Shown one piece after another: positions 9,001 to 18,706 of a stretch of 64,000 nt of DNA. Under the pieces are notes generated by a model, which searched no databases, was not told the origin of the DNA, and saw only the letters and a program-made list of their open reading frames with translations. This stretch comes from an uncultured Bacilli bacterium (lineage in GTDB: Bacteria > Bacillota_I > Bacilli_A > RF39 > UBA660). Each line of letters opens with the position of its first letter. The stretch's first letter is position 1. Both the position numbers and the translations under genes were made by a program. The stretch is taken from NCBI GenBank assembly GCA_947629655.1, contig CANREL010000002.1, forward strand, positions 157,340 to 221,339, written 5' to 3'.

Positions 9001-11692
9001 AATCATGAATCTCTTTTATATCATTTTTTACAGTTGCAAATATCTCATCTAAATACTCATCAGTCTTACCTCCACCTTGAGCAAAAGTTGGACTTCCACC
9101 ACCATTTCCCAAAGAGCGACCAGAAGCACTTTTTACAACCATACCAGCATTTAAAGAACAACTAGAACGACAGATGAAGTTGACATTACCACTATTGACA
9201 TTAGCTAGTAAGACAAAGGCTTTACCAAGTTCATTAGTAATGTTATCAGCTATTGATTTAAGAGCTGGAACATCAAGTCCCTCTGTTTTGACAAGAACGA
9301 CATTGATACCATTAATCTCTTCTTTTTGGGATAGATAAGGATTTAGATCACTGACTAAATTATTAATTTTTAATTGATTGTACTCTTTATCTAATTTTCT
9401 AACTTCTCCTTGAACATATTCAAGTTGATTACGATTATAGATAATGGCATTATAAGAATCCATTGGTACTTGATCAAGCATTATATCAAATTCTAAATCT
9501 TTACCAAGTTTTTTAGCTTCTTCTAAAACAGTCTTAGCTTTATCAAGTTGTTTTTTGATCTCTTCGACATAACCAGTGACAGCTTCACTAATACTTTTTT
9601 CAATTCTATTGCCAGTAACAGCTTCGATACGATATAAATTACTACCCTTAGATTCAAGTTTTAATATGGCGATGCGTCCAATATCACCTGTATTTTTAAC
9701 ATGCGTTCCACCACATAACTCTAATGAATCACCAAGTTTGACAACGCGAACTATATCTTTATACTTTTCAGTAAATAGAGCCATAGCCCCCATCTTTTTA
9801 GCTTCTTCAATTGGCATTTCAGTAATCTCGCTATCAACTTTAGCGTTAACACGTTCATTAGCTCTTGCTTCTACTTTTAATATGTCATCATCACTAATTT
9901 TTCCCGTAAAAGTAAAATCAAATCGCAATCTCTCTTGATCGACATAACTTCCGGCTTGATGAATGTTTTCTGATAAGACCTCTTGGAGAGTCTTTTGAAT
10001 GATGTGAATAGCACTGTGATTACATGCCGTTGCGTCTCTTTCTTCAGGAATTATCTTGATACTACATTTTTCATTGATGGTAATTTTTCCATCGATTAAT
10101 TCAACTTTATGAAGATGTTGCCCATTTGGAGCTTTGACAACGTCAACTACTTTAGCTTTAAAGTTTTCACTCTTCATTGCCCCTTTGTCAAACAACTGAC
10201 CACCACTCGTCGCATAAAAACAAGTCTTATCGAGTACGACATACCCATCACTATCCAAAGTATCAGTAAACTTACCATCTTTGATAAGACCAATTACTTT
10301 ACTTTCCATTTGATAAACATCATAGACAAATTCACTCTTTGCATGGAAGTTTAAAAGTTCTTCATTTTGAATGTTCATACTCGTCTCTTGATGATAAGTA
10401 TCTTTTGATATCTTTTTCTGTTCTTCCATATATTTTCTAAATTCTTCTTTATCAGTAGTCATATCAGCTTCTTCTAAGTATTCCAAAGTTAGTTCAAATG
10501 GGAAACCATAAGTATCGTATAACTTGAATACGTCATAACCACTAATCGTACCATCAGTACTTTCTTCGATCAATTGTGATAATCTTCTCTCACCAGCCGC
10601 TAATGTCTTATGGAATAATTCCTCTTCTTGAAGAACTAAAGCTTTAACATTACTCTTAGTATTTTCAAGTTCAGGATAACTTTCTCCCATAATTGTCACA
10701 ACTGTTTCAACTAATTTATAAATGAATGGTTCATTGATTCCCAATTTCTTTCCCATTCTTACACTACGTCTCAAAAGACGACGCAATACATATCCACGTC
10801 CAGTATTTTCAAAAACAGCCCCATCTGACAAAGCCATCGTAATAGCACGAATGTGATCAGCTATGACTTTAAATGGCATTTCTCCGTTATATTCTTTACC
10901 CGTCAACTCTTCGATTTTTTTAATCAATGGTACGAATAAATCGGTATCAAATGTTGAATCGACTCCTTGAAAAATACAACACCATCTCTCAAGACCAGCA
11001 CCCGTATCAATATTTTTATTAGGTAGTTCTGGATATTCACCACGTGATAGACCCGGTTTTGAATTGTATTGACTAAAAACATTATTCCAAATTTCTAGAT
11101 AACGTTCTTGTTCATCATCATTTTTAAATTTTTCCAAAGCATCACCATCAGGGTCATATTCTTCACCGCGATCATAAAATATCTCTGAATCTGGTCCACA
11201 AGGTCCTTCACCAATTTCCCAAAAGTTTCCTTCAAGAGGAACGACATGCTCTGGATCTAACCCTAAATCAATCCACTTTTTCTGAGCTACGCTATCATCT
11301 TTATAAACTGTGACATAAATCTTTTCTTTAGGAATGCCACACCACTCTTCACTAGTCAAGAATTCATAAGCAAACTCGAGTGCTTCTTCTTTAAAATAGT
11401 CCCCAATTGAAAAGTTACCCATCATCTCAAAAAAAGTTTGATGACGCTTTGTGACACCGACATTATCAATATCATTAGTTCTAATACATTTTTGAATAGT
11501 CGCAATTCTTTTATTTTCTGGAACGACACTTCCATCAAAATATTTTTTTAATGGTGTTACACCAGCATTTGTAAAAAGCAAACTATCATCATCATAAGGA
11601 ACTAATGGTGCACTCTCCATGACATTATGTCCTTTGCTTCTAAAATAGTTCATCCACAGATTTCTAATCTCTGTACTACTTAACTCTTTCAT
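8999..11692 (-). CDS. alaS: Alanine--tRNA ligase
   Basis: 897 aa. Has a class II catalytic core, the editing-domain HxxxH (CNHSAIH), the CGGTHV zinc motif, and a C-terminal DHHA1-like GGGK. GGAGGA RBS is present. Confidence 0.97.
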   Translation of the reverse strand: MKELSSTEIRNLWMNYFRSKGHNVMESAPLVPYDDDSLLFTNAGVTPLKKYFDGSVVPENKRIATIQKCIRTNDIDNVGVTKRHQTFFEMMGNFSIGDYFKEEALEFAYEFLTSEEWCGIPKEKIYVTVYKDDSVAQKKWIDLGLDPEHVVPLEGNFWEIGEGPCGPDSEIFYDRGEEYDPDGDALEKFKNDDEQERYLEIWNNVFSQYNSKPGLSRGEYPELPNKNIDTGAGLERWCCIFQGVDSTFDTDLFVPLIKKIEELTGKEYNGEMPFKVIADHIRAITMALSDGAVFENTGRGYVLRRLLRRSVRMGKKLGINEPFIYKLVETVVTIMGESYPELENTKSNVKALVLQEEELFHKTLAAGERRLSQLIEESTDGTISGYDVFKLYDTYGFPFELTLEYLEEADMTTDKEEFRKYMEEQKKISKDTYHQETSMNIQNEELLNFHAKSEFVYDVYQMESKVIGLIKDGKFTDTLDSDGYVVLDKTCFYATSGGQLFDKGAMKSENFKAKVVDVVKAPNGQHLHKVELIDGKITINEKCSIKIIPEERDATACNHSAIHIIQKTLQEVLSENIHQAGSYVDQERLRFDFTFTGKISDDDILKVEARANERVNAKVDSEITEMPIEEAKKMGAMALFTEKYKDIVRVVKLGDSLELCGGTHVKNTGDIGRIAILKLESKGSNLYRIEAVTGNRIEKSISEAVTGYVEEIKKQLDKAKTVLEEAKKLGKDLEFDIMLDQVPMDSYNAIIYNRNQLEYVQGEVRKLDKEYNQLKINNLVSDLNPYLSQKEEINGINVVLVKTEGLDVPALKSIADNITNELGKAFVLLANVNSGNVNFICRSSCSLNAGMVVKSASGRSLGNGGGSPTFAQGGGKTDEYLDEIFATVKNDIKEIHD

Positions 11693-11700
11693 AAATCCTC

Positions 11701-12243
11701 CTATATCTCATTTAAAATTTCTTCTAAACGATTAGTATATTCTTCGATTGTACCATTGTTTAAAATGTAGTAATCAGCATGAGCAATTGGTCCTGCTTTC
11801 GCAATGTTCTCAATTTCTGACAAATCACGATCTAGAGCTTCTTCTTCTGTCAATGGTCTAAATTCACGTTTTCCCAATCTTTCATAACGCAATTTGCGAT
11901 CGACAATGATTGCTACAACAGTTAAACTATCACCTAACTCTTCACGCAAGATTTTCAATTCATCCCATGAGTATAATCCATCTAAAACAGTATTACTCTC
12001 ACTGGCATACTCTTTAATTCTTGGCAAAAGAATCTTAGCATAAGCTCCCATTCCCAATTCGCTACGCAATTTTTCACGCATCATTTTTTCATTAGCTGGA
12101 TTGATTTCCAAACCATTTTCTTCCAACTTTTCTAAAGTGACTCCACCAAAGTAAACTTTTTTCCATCCTTTTTCGACAAGGACATCAGAAGCGACACTCT
12201 TACCACTTCCACACATACCAACAATCGCAACTATTTTTTTCAT
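11701..12243 (-). CDS. Small P-loop nucleotide kinase-like protein (dephospho-CoA kinase / UPF0200-like)
   Basis: Start moved to ATG 12243 (MKKIVAIVGMCGSGKS = Walker A) with an AGGAGGA RBS. The ORF-track N-terminal extension reads through the T-box terminator. The gene ends 8 nt before alaS. Confidence 0.6.
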   Translation of the reverse strand: MKKIVAIVGMCGSGKSVASDVLVEKGWKKVYFGGVTLEKLEENGLEINPANEKMMREKLRSELGMGAYAKILLPRIKEYASESNTVLDGLYSWDELKILREELGDSLTVVAIIVDRKLRYERLGKREFRPLTEEEALDRDLSEIENIAKAGPIAHADYYILNNGTIEEYTNRLEEILNEI

Positions 12244-12261
12244 AAATCCTCCTCTTATAAT

Positions 12262-12430
12262 AAAAAAAGACCAAATTGTAGGAGTGCAAATGCACGGTAC
12301 CATCCTACTCTGGTCTTAATTGACATAACGGCTTTTACCGATGATACTCAAAAGTAGCTTTCTGAAGTATATCTTGCTCTGTTCCACCCAACCAAAGCTC
12401 TCTATGAAGATATTTAAATCATACTCATCT
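12262..12430 (-). promoter_or_regulatory. T-box riboswitch leader (Ala specifier) controlling kinase-alaS
   Basis: On the minus strand: AGAGAG box (12403-12398), GGGTGGAAC, and GAAAGCUA with GCU (12358-12356) followed by the conserved A. The T-box core is AGTAGGATGGTACCGTG (12305-12293). The terminator is AAGACCAGAGTAGGA...TCCTACAATTTGGTCTTTTTTT (12317-12262). Confidence 0.85.
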
Positions 12431-12446
12431 TTATCAACATATCATT

Positions 12447-13589
12447 TTATTCTTCATCAAACAATTCATATTTTTCTATAAAGAAATTGATTATTACCTT
12501 ACCACACGAAATGATTGGTGTAGCAAATAACATACCAAGTATACCAAAGAAATGACCAAATAGCAATAACCCAATTATTATTGTTACTGGATGTAACTTC
12601 ATCGTCTTACTCATTATTGTCGGCGTCAATAAATAACTCTCAAGTCCTTGGCATACCAACACTGATATTAATACTCCAATTCCCACTCTCGGTGATATTG
12701 TAAAAGCGACGATGACTGCTGGAATTCCTCCTATATATGGTCCAAGATATGGAATTATATTAGTAACTGCACAGAACAATCCAAACACCATTGGTGCAGT
12801 CATACCAGCAATTGACATCCCAATACTTTGAAAGATGAATAATATGAACATTACTATTAGGGTTCCATATACATAACTTCGCAATAGATGATTCAAATTA
12901 TCTGACAACTTAGCAACCTCTTCACGATGTTTCTTAGGAACAATTTTAGCTAGCTGTGCTCTGACATCATCAAAGTCGAGTAACATATAAAATCCGATTA
13001 AGAAACCAATAATGACATTGAATCCACCACTGATGATCGATTTGACAACAGAAACAATAGTAGCTGGTCCATCAACCGTAAATGAATATAACAAATTATT
13101 AATTATTTCATATAGATTATCTTTTATGATTGCACTATCTATTTCATATGTTCTAGATATGTCAATGATAATACCATCGAGTTGGGCACTTAAACTCTTC
13201 AAAGTCTGAGGAGCTGCTGTTATCATCTCATTTATTTGATCAATTAATGTCGGAATGAATAAATTACCAATCAAAACTATTATAGCTATTACTAAAACAT
13301 AGACAAAAGTAACACCTATTCCTCTTTTAACTCCCTTTTTTTGTAAATAGGTGACTATCGGATCCAATAACCAAGCTAAAATAACACCTATGAAAAATGG
13401 AGATAAAATATTGATGACATCACCAAAAATATGCATTAACTTCCACTCTTTACCTATGTAAGTTATCAATACTATCAAAGCAACAATGCTAACTCCAAAA
13501 ATCAATTTGACAAAATTTCTACTAAAACGAATCAATTCATTTAACTTTTCATAATCAACTTTATCTGATATACGTTTTTTTCCAAACAT
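12447..13589 (-). CDS. AI-2E family transporter (PerM/YhhT, UPF0118)
   Basis: 380 aa, polytopic. The layout is typical for the family, with a long soluble insertion between TM3 and TM4 and a conserved Gly/Pro-rich C-terminal half (NIIPYLGPYIGGIPA). Confidence 0.8.
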   Translation of the reverse strand: MFGKKRISDKVDYEKLNELIRFSRNFVKLIFGVSIVALIVLITYIGKEWKLMHIFGDVINILSPFFIGVILAWLLDPIVTYLQKKGVKRGIGVTFVYVLVIAIIVLIGNLFIPTLIDQINEMITAAPQTLKSLSAQLDGIIIDISRTYEIDSAIIKDNLYEIINNLLYSFTVDGPATIVSVVKSIISGGFNVIIGFLIGFYMLLDFDDVRAQLAKIVPKKHREEVAKLSDNLNHLLRSYVYGTLIVMFILFIFQSIGMSIAGMTAPMVFGLFCAVTNIIPYLGPYIGGIPAVIVAFTISPRVGIGVLISVLVCQGLESYLLTPTIMSKTMKLHPVTIIIGLLLFGHFFGILGMLFATPIISCGKVIINFFIEKYELFDEE

Positions 13590-13671
13590 ATCATCACTCC
13601 ATTCTAAGTTAATGATACCATATATTATGTGAAATATGTTAATAAATATCTATAATTTACTAATTATTTAC

Positions 13672-13702
13672 AACAAAAATATCAAGAGTTTCCCCTTGAT
13701 AT
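13672..13702 (-). terminator. Intrinsic terminator after the 51-aa gene
   Basis: Stem ATATCAAG / CTTGATAT with an 8-nt loop, followed by TTTTTG on the minus strand. Confidence 0.5.
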
Positions 13703-13704
13703 CA

Positions 13705-13860
13705 TTACATCATATTTTCATTCATTTCATTAATTTTATCAGCCATTTTATCTACATATTCTTTTATATCTCTCTTATAGTCAGGATTATATTTTTTATA
13801 AAGCATAAATCCCCCATACATCGTAGCACCAATGGCTAACATTTTCATCATTTTATTCAT
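13705..13860 (-). CDS. Small membrane protein (51 aa)
   Basis: Start moved to ATG 13860 (MNKMMKMLAIGATMYGGFMLY) behind an AGAAGGA RBS. One TM segment plus a charged tail. No family recognised. Confidence 0.4.
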   Translation of the reverse strand: MNKMMKMLAIGATMYGGFMLYKKYNPDYKRDIKEYVDKMADKINEMNENMM

Positions 13861-13926
13861 AAGATCCTTCTTTCTAAAAATATGATTGGTATATACCATT
13901 CATATTATGCGTGAAAAAAGTATCTT

Positions 13927-14442
13927 TTATACAGCATTATAAAGTTTTTTCAAACGAATACTTTCACTTCTTCCATAAATAGATGTGATTACTTCCGTAT
14001 CATCTGTCAAATTGAAATAAATTGTATCATCTTCCACTTTTAATTCTTCTTCACTACTAGAATCTTCTAAAACTAAAGAATATAGATATATCTTTTCATC
14101 ATCAATTCGATATTTACCATAATAATATGCTTTATTATTACAATCACCGACGTAGAATATCGCTTTATAATCACTAGTTAGAACGAGTGTCGTCGCATAT
14201 GAACATTCACTCTTCTCCCCTTCTACATAACTATATATGCCAATATATGGATAGTTTTCTTTAGATTTGTCTTTAACTATTTCACCAGTTTCTTCTTCTT
14301 TTTCACAATCACTAGGAATCTCTTTTTTATCTGTCTTAATAAAAATAATGATCATTATTAGTATTACCAAAATCAATAATAAAATTATCGTTTTTAAAAA
14401 ATTATTTTTCTTTTTTAAACTTTTATCCATCTTTTTCACCAC
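13927..14442 (-). CDS. Membrane-anchored hypothetical protein
   Basis: 171 aa with an N-terminal K-rich segment, a TM anchor (IILLLILVILIMIIIFI) and a soluble domain. Overlaps the recD2 stop by 20 nt. Confidence 0.45.
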   Translation of the reverse strand: MVKKMDKSLKKKNNFLKTIILLLILVILIMIIIFIKTDKKEIPSDCEKEEETGEIVKDKSKENYPYIGIYSYVEGEKSECSYATTLVLTSDYKAIFYVGDCNNKAYYYGKYRIDDEKIYLYSLVLEDSSSEEELKVEDDTIYFNLTDDTEVITSIYGRSESIRLKKLYNAV

Positions 14443-16624
14443 TTACTCTAATCGCTTCTATCAATCGATCTTTAATTGCCGTTCTTCTGACATCTGAATC
14501 ATTATTACCAGCTGCTCTTTTTAAAGCATTTAAATCACCCACGATGTACAATTCTCTTTTAGCTCTAGTGACACCAGTATAATAAAGTTTTCTATACAAC
14601 ATCTTATTATATTCTTTTGTGACAGGTATGACAACCGTTTTGAATTCACTTCCCTGTGACTTGTGTATACTTATCGCATAACCATGTTTAAACTTATTAA
14701 AATTTGCTGGAGTAAACCTAACGTAATTATCATCGAAATTGACCACTATTTCTTTTTTGTCAACACTATCAATTATTCCAATGTCACCATTAAAAATATT
14801 TTCTTCTGGCATGTTTGACAATTGTAATATTTTATCTTCTTCACGATAGATGACATCACCAACTTTTATCTCTTTTTTCGTCTTTGATTTAGGATTGAAT
14901 ATCTCTTGCGCTATTTTATTTATGTTGTCGATACCATTAAGTGTTTTATACATTGGTACTAATATTTGAAAATCTTTATAATCCATCTTCTTATATGAAT
15001 TACAAATCATTTTTATCTGTTCTAAAACATTCATTGTATCGACCTCTTTTAAAATGAGATCACTTCCTCTATTGAATGAATCATCATCGACAACTCCACT
15101 ATTTATTTGATAAGCTAGGTTTATTATGTTGGAATCATTCTTCTGACGATATAGATAATTTAATTTGACCAAATTAACTCTTTCACTTTCAATTAAATCT
15201 TTCAATACTTGTCCTGGTCCAACACTAGGCAATTGATTGTAATCACCAACGATGACAATTTTAGTATCACTTCTAAGTCCACGCAAAAGCGAAGCAAAAA
15301 GATTGACATCGACCATACTACCTTCATCAATGATTACGAATTCGACATCACTTTTATTGTATTCATTGACTTGAAAATGATCGCCTTCCTTATTCCATTT
15401 CAAAAAGCGATGAATTGTATAAGCTGGCATATGCGTTGCTTCACTAAGTCTTTTTGAAGCTCTTCCCGTCGGTGCTAAAAGAGCTATTTTTTCATTCAAT
15501 TTATCTTTACCAAAATCATTTAGTTCTCTAAAGAGATCAACAATTGCTTTAACAATCGTCGTCTTTCCAGTTCCTGGTCCACCAGTAATAATTAAAAAAT
15601 GTTTCTCTTGCGAATATTTAATGGCCAATAACTGTTCATCATTATATTTTATTTTTTGATATTCTTCTAATTCATTAATCATCAAATCAAGTTTTTTAAA
15701 ACTCTCATCTTTAACACTCATCAAATATTTAATGCGATTGACGATTAAAACTTCATCTTCATACATATCTTTTAAATAATATTTTTCATTATCTTTAATA
15801 ATCTTTAAATCGAGAATTAAACTGTTTAAAGCATCGATGTACTTCTCTTTTGAAATATTGCTCATTAGACATCTATTGACATAACCATAAATCTCATCAA
15901 TGAATAAATAACTGTGACCATAGGTGTTACACACTTCATCAATGACGTATAAAATAGCAGCTTTTATTCTTCTTTCATCATCAAAAGCATAATCACTTTT
16001 TAAGGCAATCGCATCGATTTTTTTAAAAGTTATCTCTTTGATATCTTCATATAATTTATAAATGTTTTTGTCAATGACATCTAGTGTTCTATTCTTATAT
16101 CTATTATAGATGATCATGCTATCTCTCGTTATGAATCCCAAATCGTTCAACGAAAGAACAATCTTATAACTTCCTTGGTATTCTTCAAGTGTTTTGTGTA
16201 GATCATCAACATTTTTTTTACTGATACCCGGAATCAATAACAAGTTATCAGGATTGTCTAAAATTATGTTTAAAGTATCTTTTCCCAAAACATCAACTAT
16301 TTTTTTAGCCTTAGCTTCCCCTATTCCCTTGAATAGACCACTAGCTAAAAATTCGACGATGGCATCTTTTTCTTCAGGCATGCATCGTTCATAAGACTCA
16401 ACCGCAAACTGTTCACCATATTTCGCATGAATGACGAACTTTCCATGGAATATATATGTATCATTATCATTTAATTCAGCAAAATAACCAGTAAAAGGAA
16501 CAATCTCACCCACTAAGTCTTCATTATCAGAATCAGCTTCTTTTATCTTAAAAAGGCCAACGACATAACCATTTTCACCTTGATATAAGCTTTTGCGATA
16601 ATTACCCTTAATAAATGAATCCAT
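14423..16624 (-). CDS. recD2: SF1B ATP-dependent DNA helicase, RecD2 (RecD/TraA family)
   Basis: 733 aa. Walker A ITGGPGTGKTT, LLAPTGRASKRL, DEGSMVD, a helix-hairpin-helix-like GIGEAKAKKIV in the N-terminal part, and C-terminal YAISIHKSQGSEF. Confidence 0.9.
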   Translation of the reverse strand: MDSFIKGNYRKSLYQGENGYVVGLFKIKEADSDNEDLVGEIVPFTGYFAELNDNDTYIFHGKFVIHAKYGEQFAVESYERCMPEEKDAIVEFLASGLFKGIGEAKAKKIVDVLGKDTLNIILDNPDNLLLIPGISKKNVDDLHKTLEEYQGSYKIVLSLNDLGFITRDSMIIYNRYKNRTLDVIDKNIYKLYEDIKEITFKKIDAIALKSDYAFDDERRIKAAILYVIDEVCNTYGHSYLFIDEIYGYVNRCLMSNISKEKYIDALNSLILDLKIIKDNEKYYLKDMYEDEVLIVNRIKYLMSVKDESFKKLDLMINELEEYQKIKYNDEQLLAIKYSQEKHFLIITGGPGTGKTTIVKAIVDLFRELNDFGKDKLNEKIALLAPTGRASKRLSEATHMPAYTIHRFLKWNKEGDHFQVNEYNKSDVEFVIIDEGSMVDVNLFASLLRGLRSDTKIVIVGDYNQLPSVGPGQVLKDLIESERVNLVKLNYLYRQKNDSNIINLAYQINSGVVDDDSFNRGSDLILKEVDTMNVLEQIKMICNSYKKMDYKDFQILVPMYKTLNGIDNINKIAQEIFNPKSKTKKEIKVGDVIYREEDKILQLSNMPEENIFNGDIGIIDSVDKKEIVVNFDDNYVRFTPANFNKFKHGYAISIHKSQGSEFKTVVIPVTKEYNKMLYRKLYYTGVTRAKRELYIVGDLNALKRAAGNNDSDVRRTAIKDRLIEAIRVSGEKDG

Positions 16625-16764
16625 ACATACACCTCCAAATCTATTTAATTCTATATCAAAAACTAGAAAAAAACAATCGAACAGGACAAATCTCTAAACT
16701 ATAGTTGTGTCATTTTACCAAAATAAAAATAAACTATATTAGTAATAGTAAAGGAGGTTATACT

Positions 16765-16929
16765 ATGTATTATTATGGTGGAGGATCAACTTGTTGTGGA
16801 AACAACAGTTATCCATTTTATCCATACTACCCAATGCAATGTCAAAATAATAACTCATCATACTATGCCATTATTTTAGTACTATTTATTTTATTAGTAA
16901 TTGTCATTGGATCTAGATTCGCACGATAA
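16765..16929 (+). CDS. YjcZ-like small sporulation membrane protein
   Basis: Start moved to ATG 16765 behind AAAGGAGGT. 54 aa: a Gly/Cys/Tyr/Pro-rich head followed by YAIILVLFILLVIVIGS, the hallmark tail of the YjcZ family. Confidence 0.6.
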   Translation: MYYYGGGSTCCGNNSYPFYPYYPMQCQNNNSSYYAIILVLFILLVIVIGSRFAR

Positions 16930-16958
16930 AAAAAAGACCTTAAAGTCTTTTTTCTTTT
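16930..16958. terminator. Weak bidirectional terminator between the yjcZ-like gene and the phosphoesterase operon
   Basis: AAAGAC cttaaa GTCTTT flanked by an A-run and a T-run. Confidence 0.4.
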
Positions 16959-18688
16959 GGTCTTTCATATTCAATTTCTCGACTTCGATATAGAGAACTC
17001 TTATACTCACCTGATTTTTTTATGATTATTTCTCCACTTAGAGGTTTTACTTTGACACCATCGACATGTCCATCATTCATCGCAAACCTATATAGAGTTG
17101 AAGTGAAGTATAAGTTTTTAGGTCGCATACTACCCTCTAGACTGATGATTGGTAATTCTCGATCACTTTCTGAGAAAACAAATCTCTTTTCACCATTGAT
17201 GAGTTTCAAATGATAATGTCCTACTATTGAAACAACTGGTCTATCAAAAGAATCTCTAGTGAATTGGGATTTAAAATTGTCTACATCAGATCCAATCACA
17301 GGATTTTTTATTAGTACTTGAAAATAACGTTTAGGTGAACTATCGACCTTAATTATGCCCGCAACAGGTTCATATGCCAAACAGTTTAAGAAGAAAGGAT
17401 CATATTCCTCATCACTCGTTGGATATGTTAGTACATCACCATTCATAGGTGTTATATAAGGTTTATAAAAATCAAATAGTTCAGGGTTTTCATCATGTAA
17501 TCTAATATTAGTCAAAGCTACTATTTGTGGCAAAGTAATCGTTCTTTTTTCAGAAGACATTAAATTGTCAAAGACTGCCTGACAAATTTTAGCATATTCA
17601 GCTAAATGGTATACTTCATGAGTATTCGCATTACGCGTCGTATATCTCAAATCTTCACCAGGTATCCCCCAGTCATCAGCTGAAGGGTGTTGTAAAGATA
17701 TCAAATCTTTACCTATCTTTACACGAGCTGAACCATTTCCCAAATCGATTACTCTATCGCCAAAACTTTTCATCAATTCGTGTAGATCACCTTGGCCCAT
17801 GACTGTATCATGATTACCAGCAATATAAGCTGTAAACGCTGCTTCTTCATCAAAACTTAAATCTTCACTCCATGTCCTGAACTCTTTGATCAATTGATAA
17901 CGGTTCTCTCTTGAAAAAGCGAAATTACCATCAGTTAAAAGTCCATCAATGACATCACCTGTGAATATGACCGCATCTAGTTTTACTTTTTGTTTTTTCA
18001 AATACTTCATGATTTTTTCTTTGAATAACTTTAGCGAATAAAGTCTTTTATCAAAATCATCATGTTGTAACTTTCCATCGAGATAACAATCTTTGTCCAA
18101 ATGCAAATCAGAAATGACTAAGACACTAGCTTTATCACTGAAAGGTATCGCCTGGACATCAATCATCGGTACAGGCGTAAATCCTTTTATGAATAACAAT
18201 GGATTATCATAACTTCCCTGTTCAATCTTAACACTTGATAAATCGTGAATATTTAAATTATCGATATTGATATTAGCTACTTTTTTCTCATCAAAGCAAC
18301 CATTTATATCTTCTAAAAATTTACTCTTTTCACTAGTTGATTTGATCATTTTTTCTAAGACATCAGCTGGTACGATATCTCTATATACATCAATCATCAA
18401 ATCTTCTAATCGCACATTTTTAGTCATGTTCATTAATAAGGATCTAAATATGTTTATTTTTTTCATAGTCTCAAAATCAAAATCACATTTTTTTATAACT
18501 TTATTATAGTAGTCATCAAATAGGAAACCTTCAAAATTAGTATCTTTAAAAGTTAGAAAATTTTCATCATCAAAATAACTTGCATAAAAAGAACTCAATA
18601 ATTCTTTTTCTTCAAGTTTTAAAGAAGTACTATTATATTTTTTCCTAATAGCTTCCATTAAAGCTAATACTATCTCCTTATTAACCAT
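16940..18688 (-). CDS. Calcineurin-fold metallophosphoesterase with unassigned N-terminal domain
   Basis: About 582 aa from ATG 18688; the ORF track starts at GTG 18697. All motifs occur in order: ISDLHLD, TGDVIDG, AGNHD, LQHP, GHYH. About 190 aa precede the first motif, and a long insertion sits before GHYH. Confidence 0.75.
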   Translation of the reverse strand: MVNKEIVLALMEAIRKKYNSTSLKLEEKELLSSFYASYFDDENFLTFKDTNFEGFLFDDYYNKVIKKCDFDFETMKKINIFRSLLMNMTKNVRLEDLMIDVYRDIVPADVLEKMIKSTSEKSKFLEDINGCFDEKKVANINIDNLNIHDLSSVKIEQGSYDNPLLFIKGFTPVPMIDVQAIPFSDKASVLVISDLHLDKDCYLDGKLQHDDFDKRLYSLKLFKEKIMKYLKKQKVKLDAVIFTGDVIDGLLTDGNFAFSRENRYQLIKEFRTWSEDLSFDEEAAFTAYIAGNHDTVMGQGDLHELMKSFGDRVIDLGNGSARVKIGKDLISLQHPSADDWGIPGEDLRYTTRNANTHEVYHLAEYAKICQAVFDNLMSSEKRTITLPQIVALTNIRLHDENPELFDFYKPYITPMNGDVLTYPTSDEEYDPFFLNCLAYEPVAGIIKVDSSPKRYFQVLIKNPVIGSDVDNFKSQFTRDSFDRPVVSIVGHYHLKLINGEKRFVFSESDRELPIISLEGSMRPKNLYFTSTLYRFAMNDGHVDGVKVKPLSGEIIIKKSGEYKSSLYRSREIEYERPKEKRL

Positions 18689-18706
18689 AAACCCCACACT
18701 TTTCTA

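Noticed and set aside
9576-9938. Antisense ORFs of 60-123 aa inside large genes (e.g. 9576..9938, 30201..30563, 43409..43759, 47710..48081, 49912..50181 and similar)
   Set aside because: All lie opposite well-supported conserved genes (alaS, pilD, the NUDIX gene, smc). They lack RBSs and give Ser/Leu/Ile/Phe-rich translations. Such frames are expected by chance in AT-rich DNA, where stop codons are depleted on the antisense of Lys/Glu/Asn-rich genes.
12244-12303. N-terminal extensions of track ORFs (kinase-like 12244-12303; orf154 26996-27073; ruvB 43411-43476)
   Set aside because: The first two translate T-box terminator/antiterminator RNA. The third overlaps the NUDIX gene. In each case an internal ATG with a strong GGAGG-type RBS gives the family-typical N-terminus.
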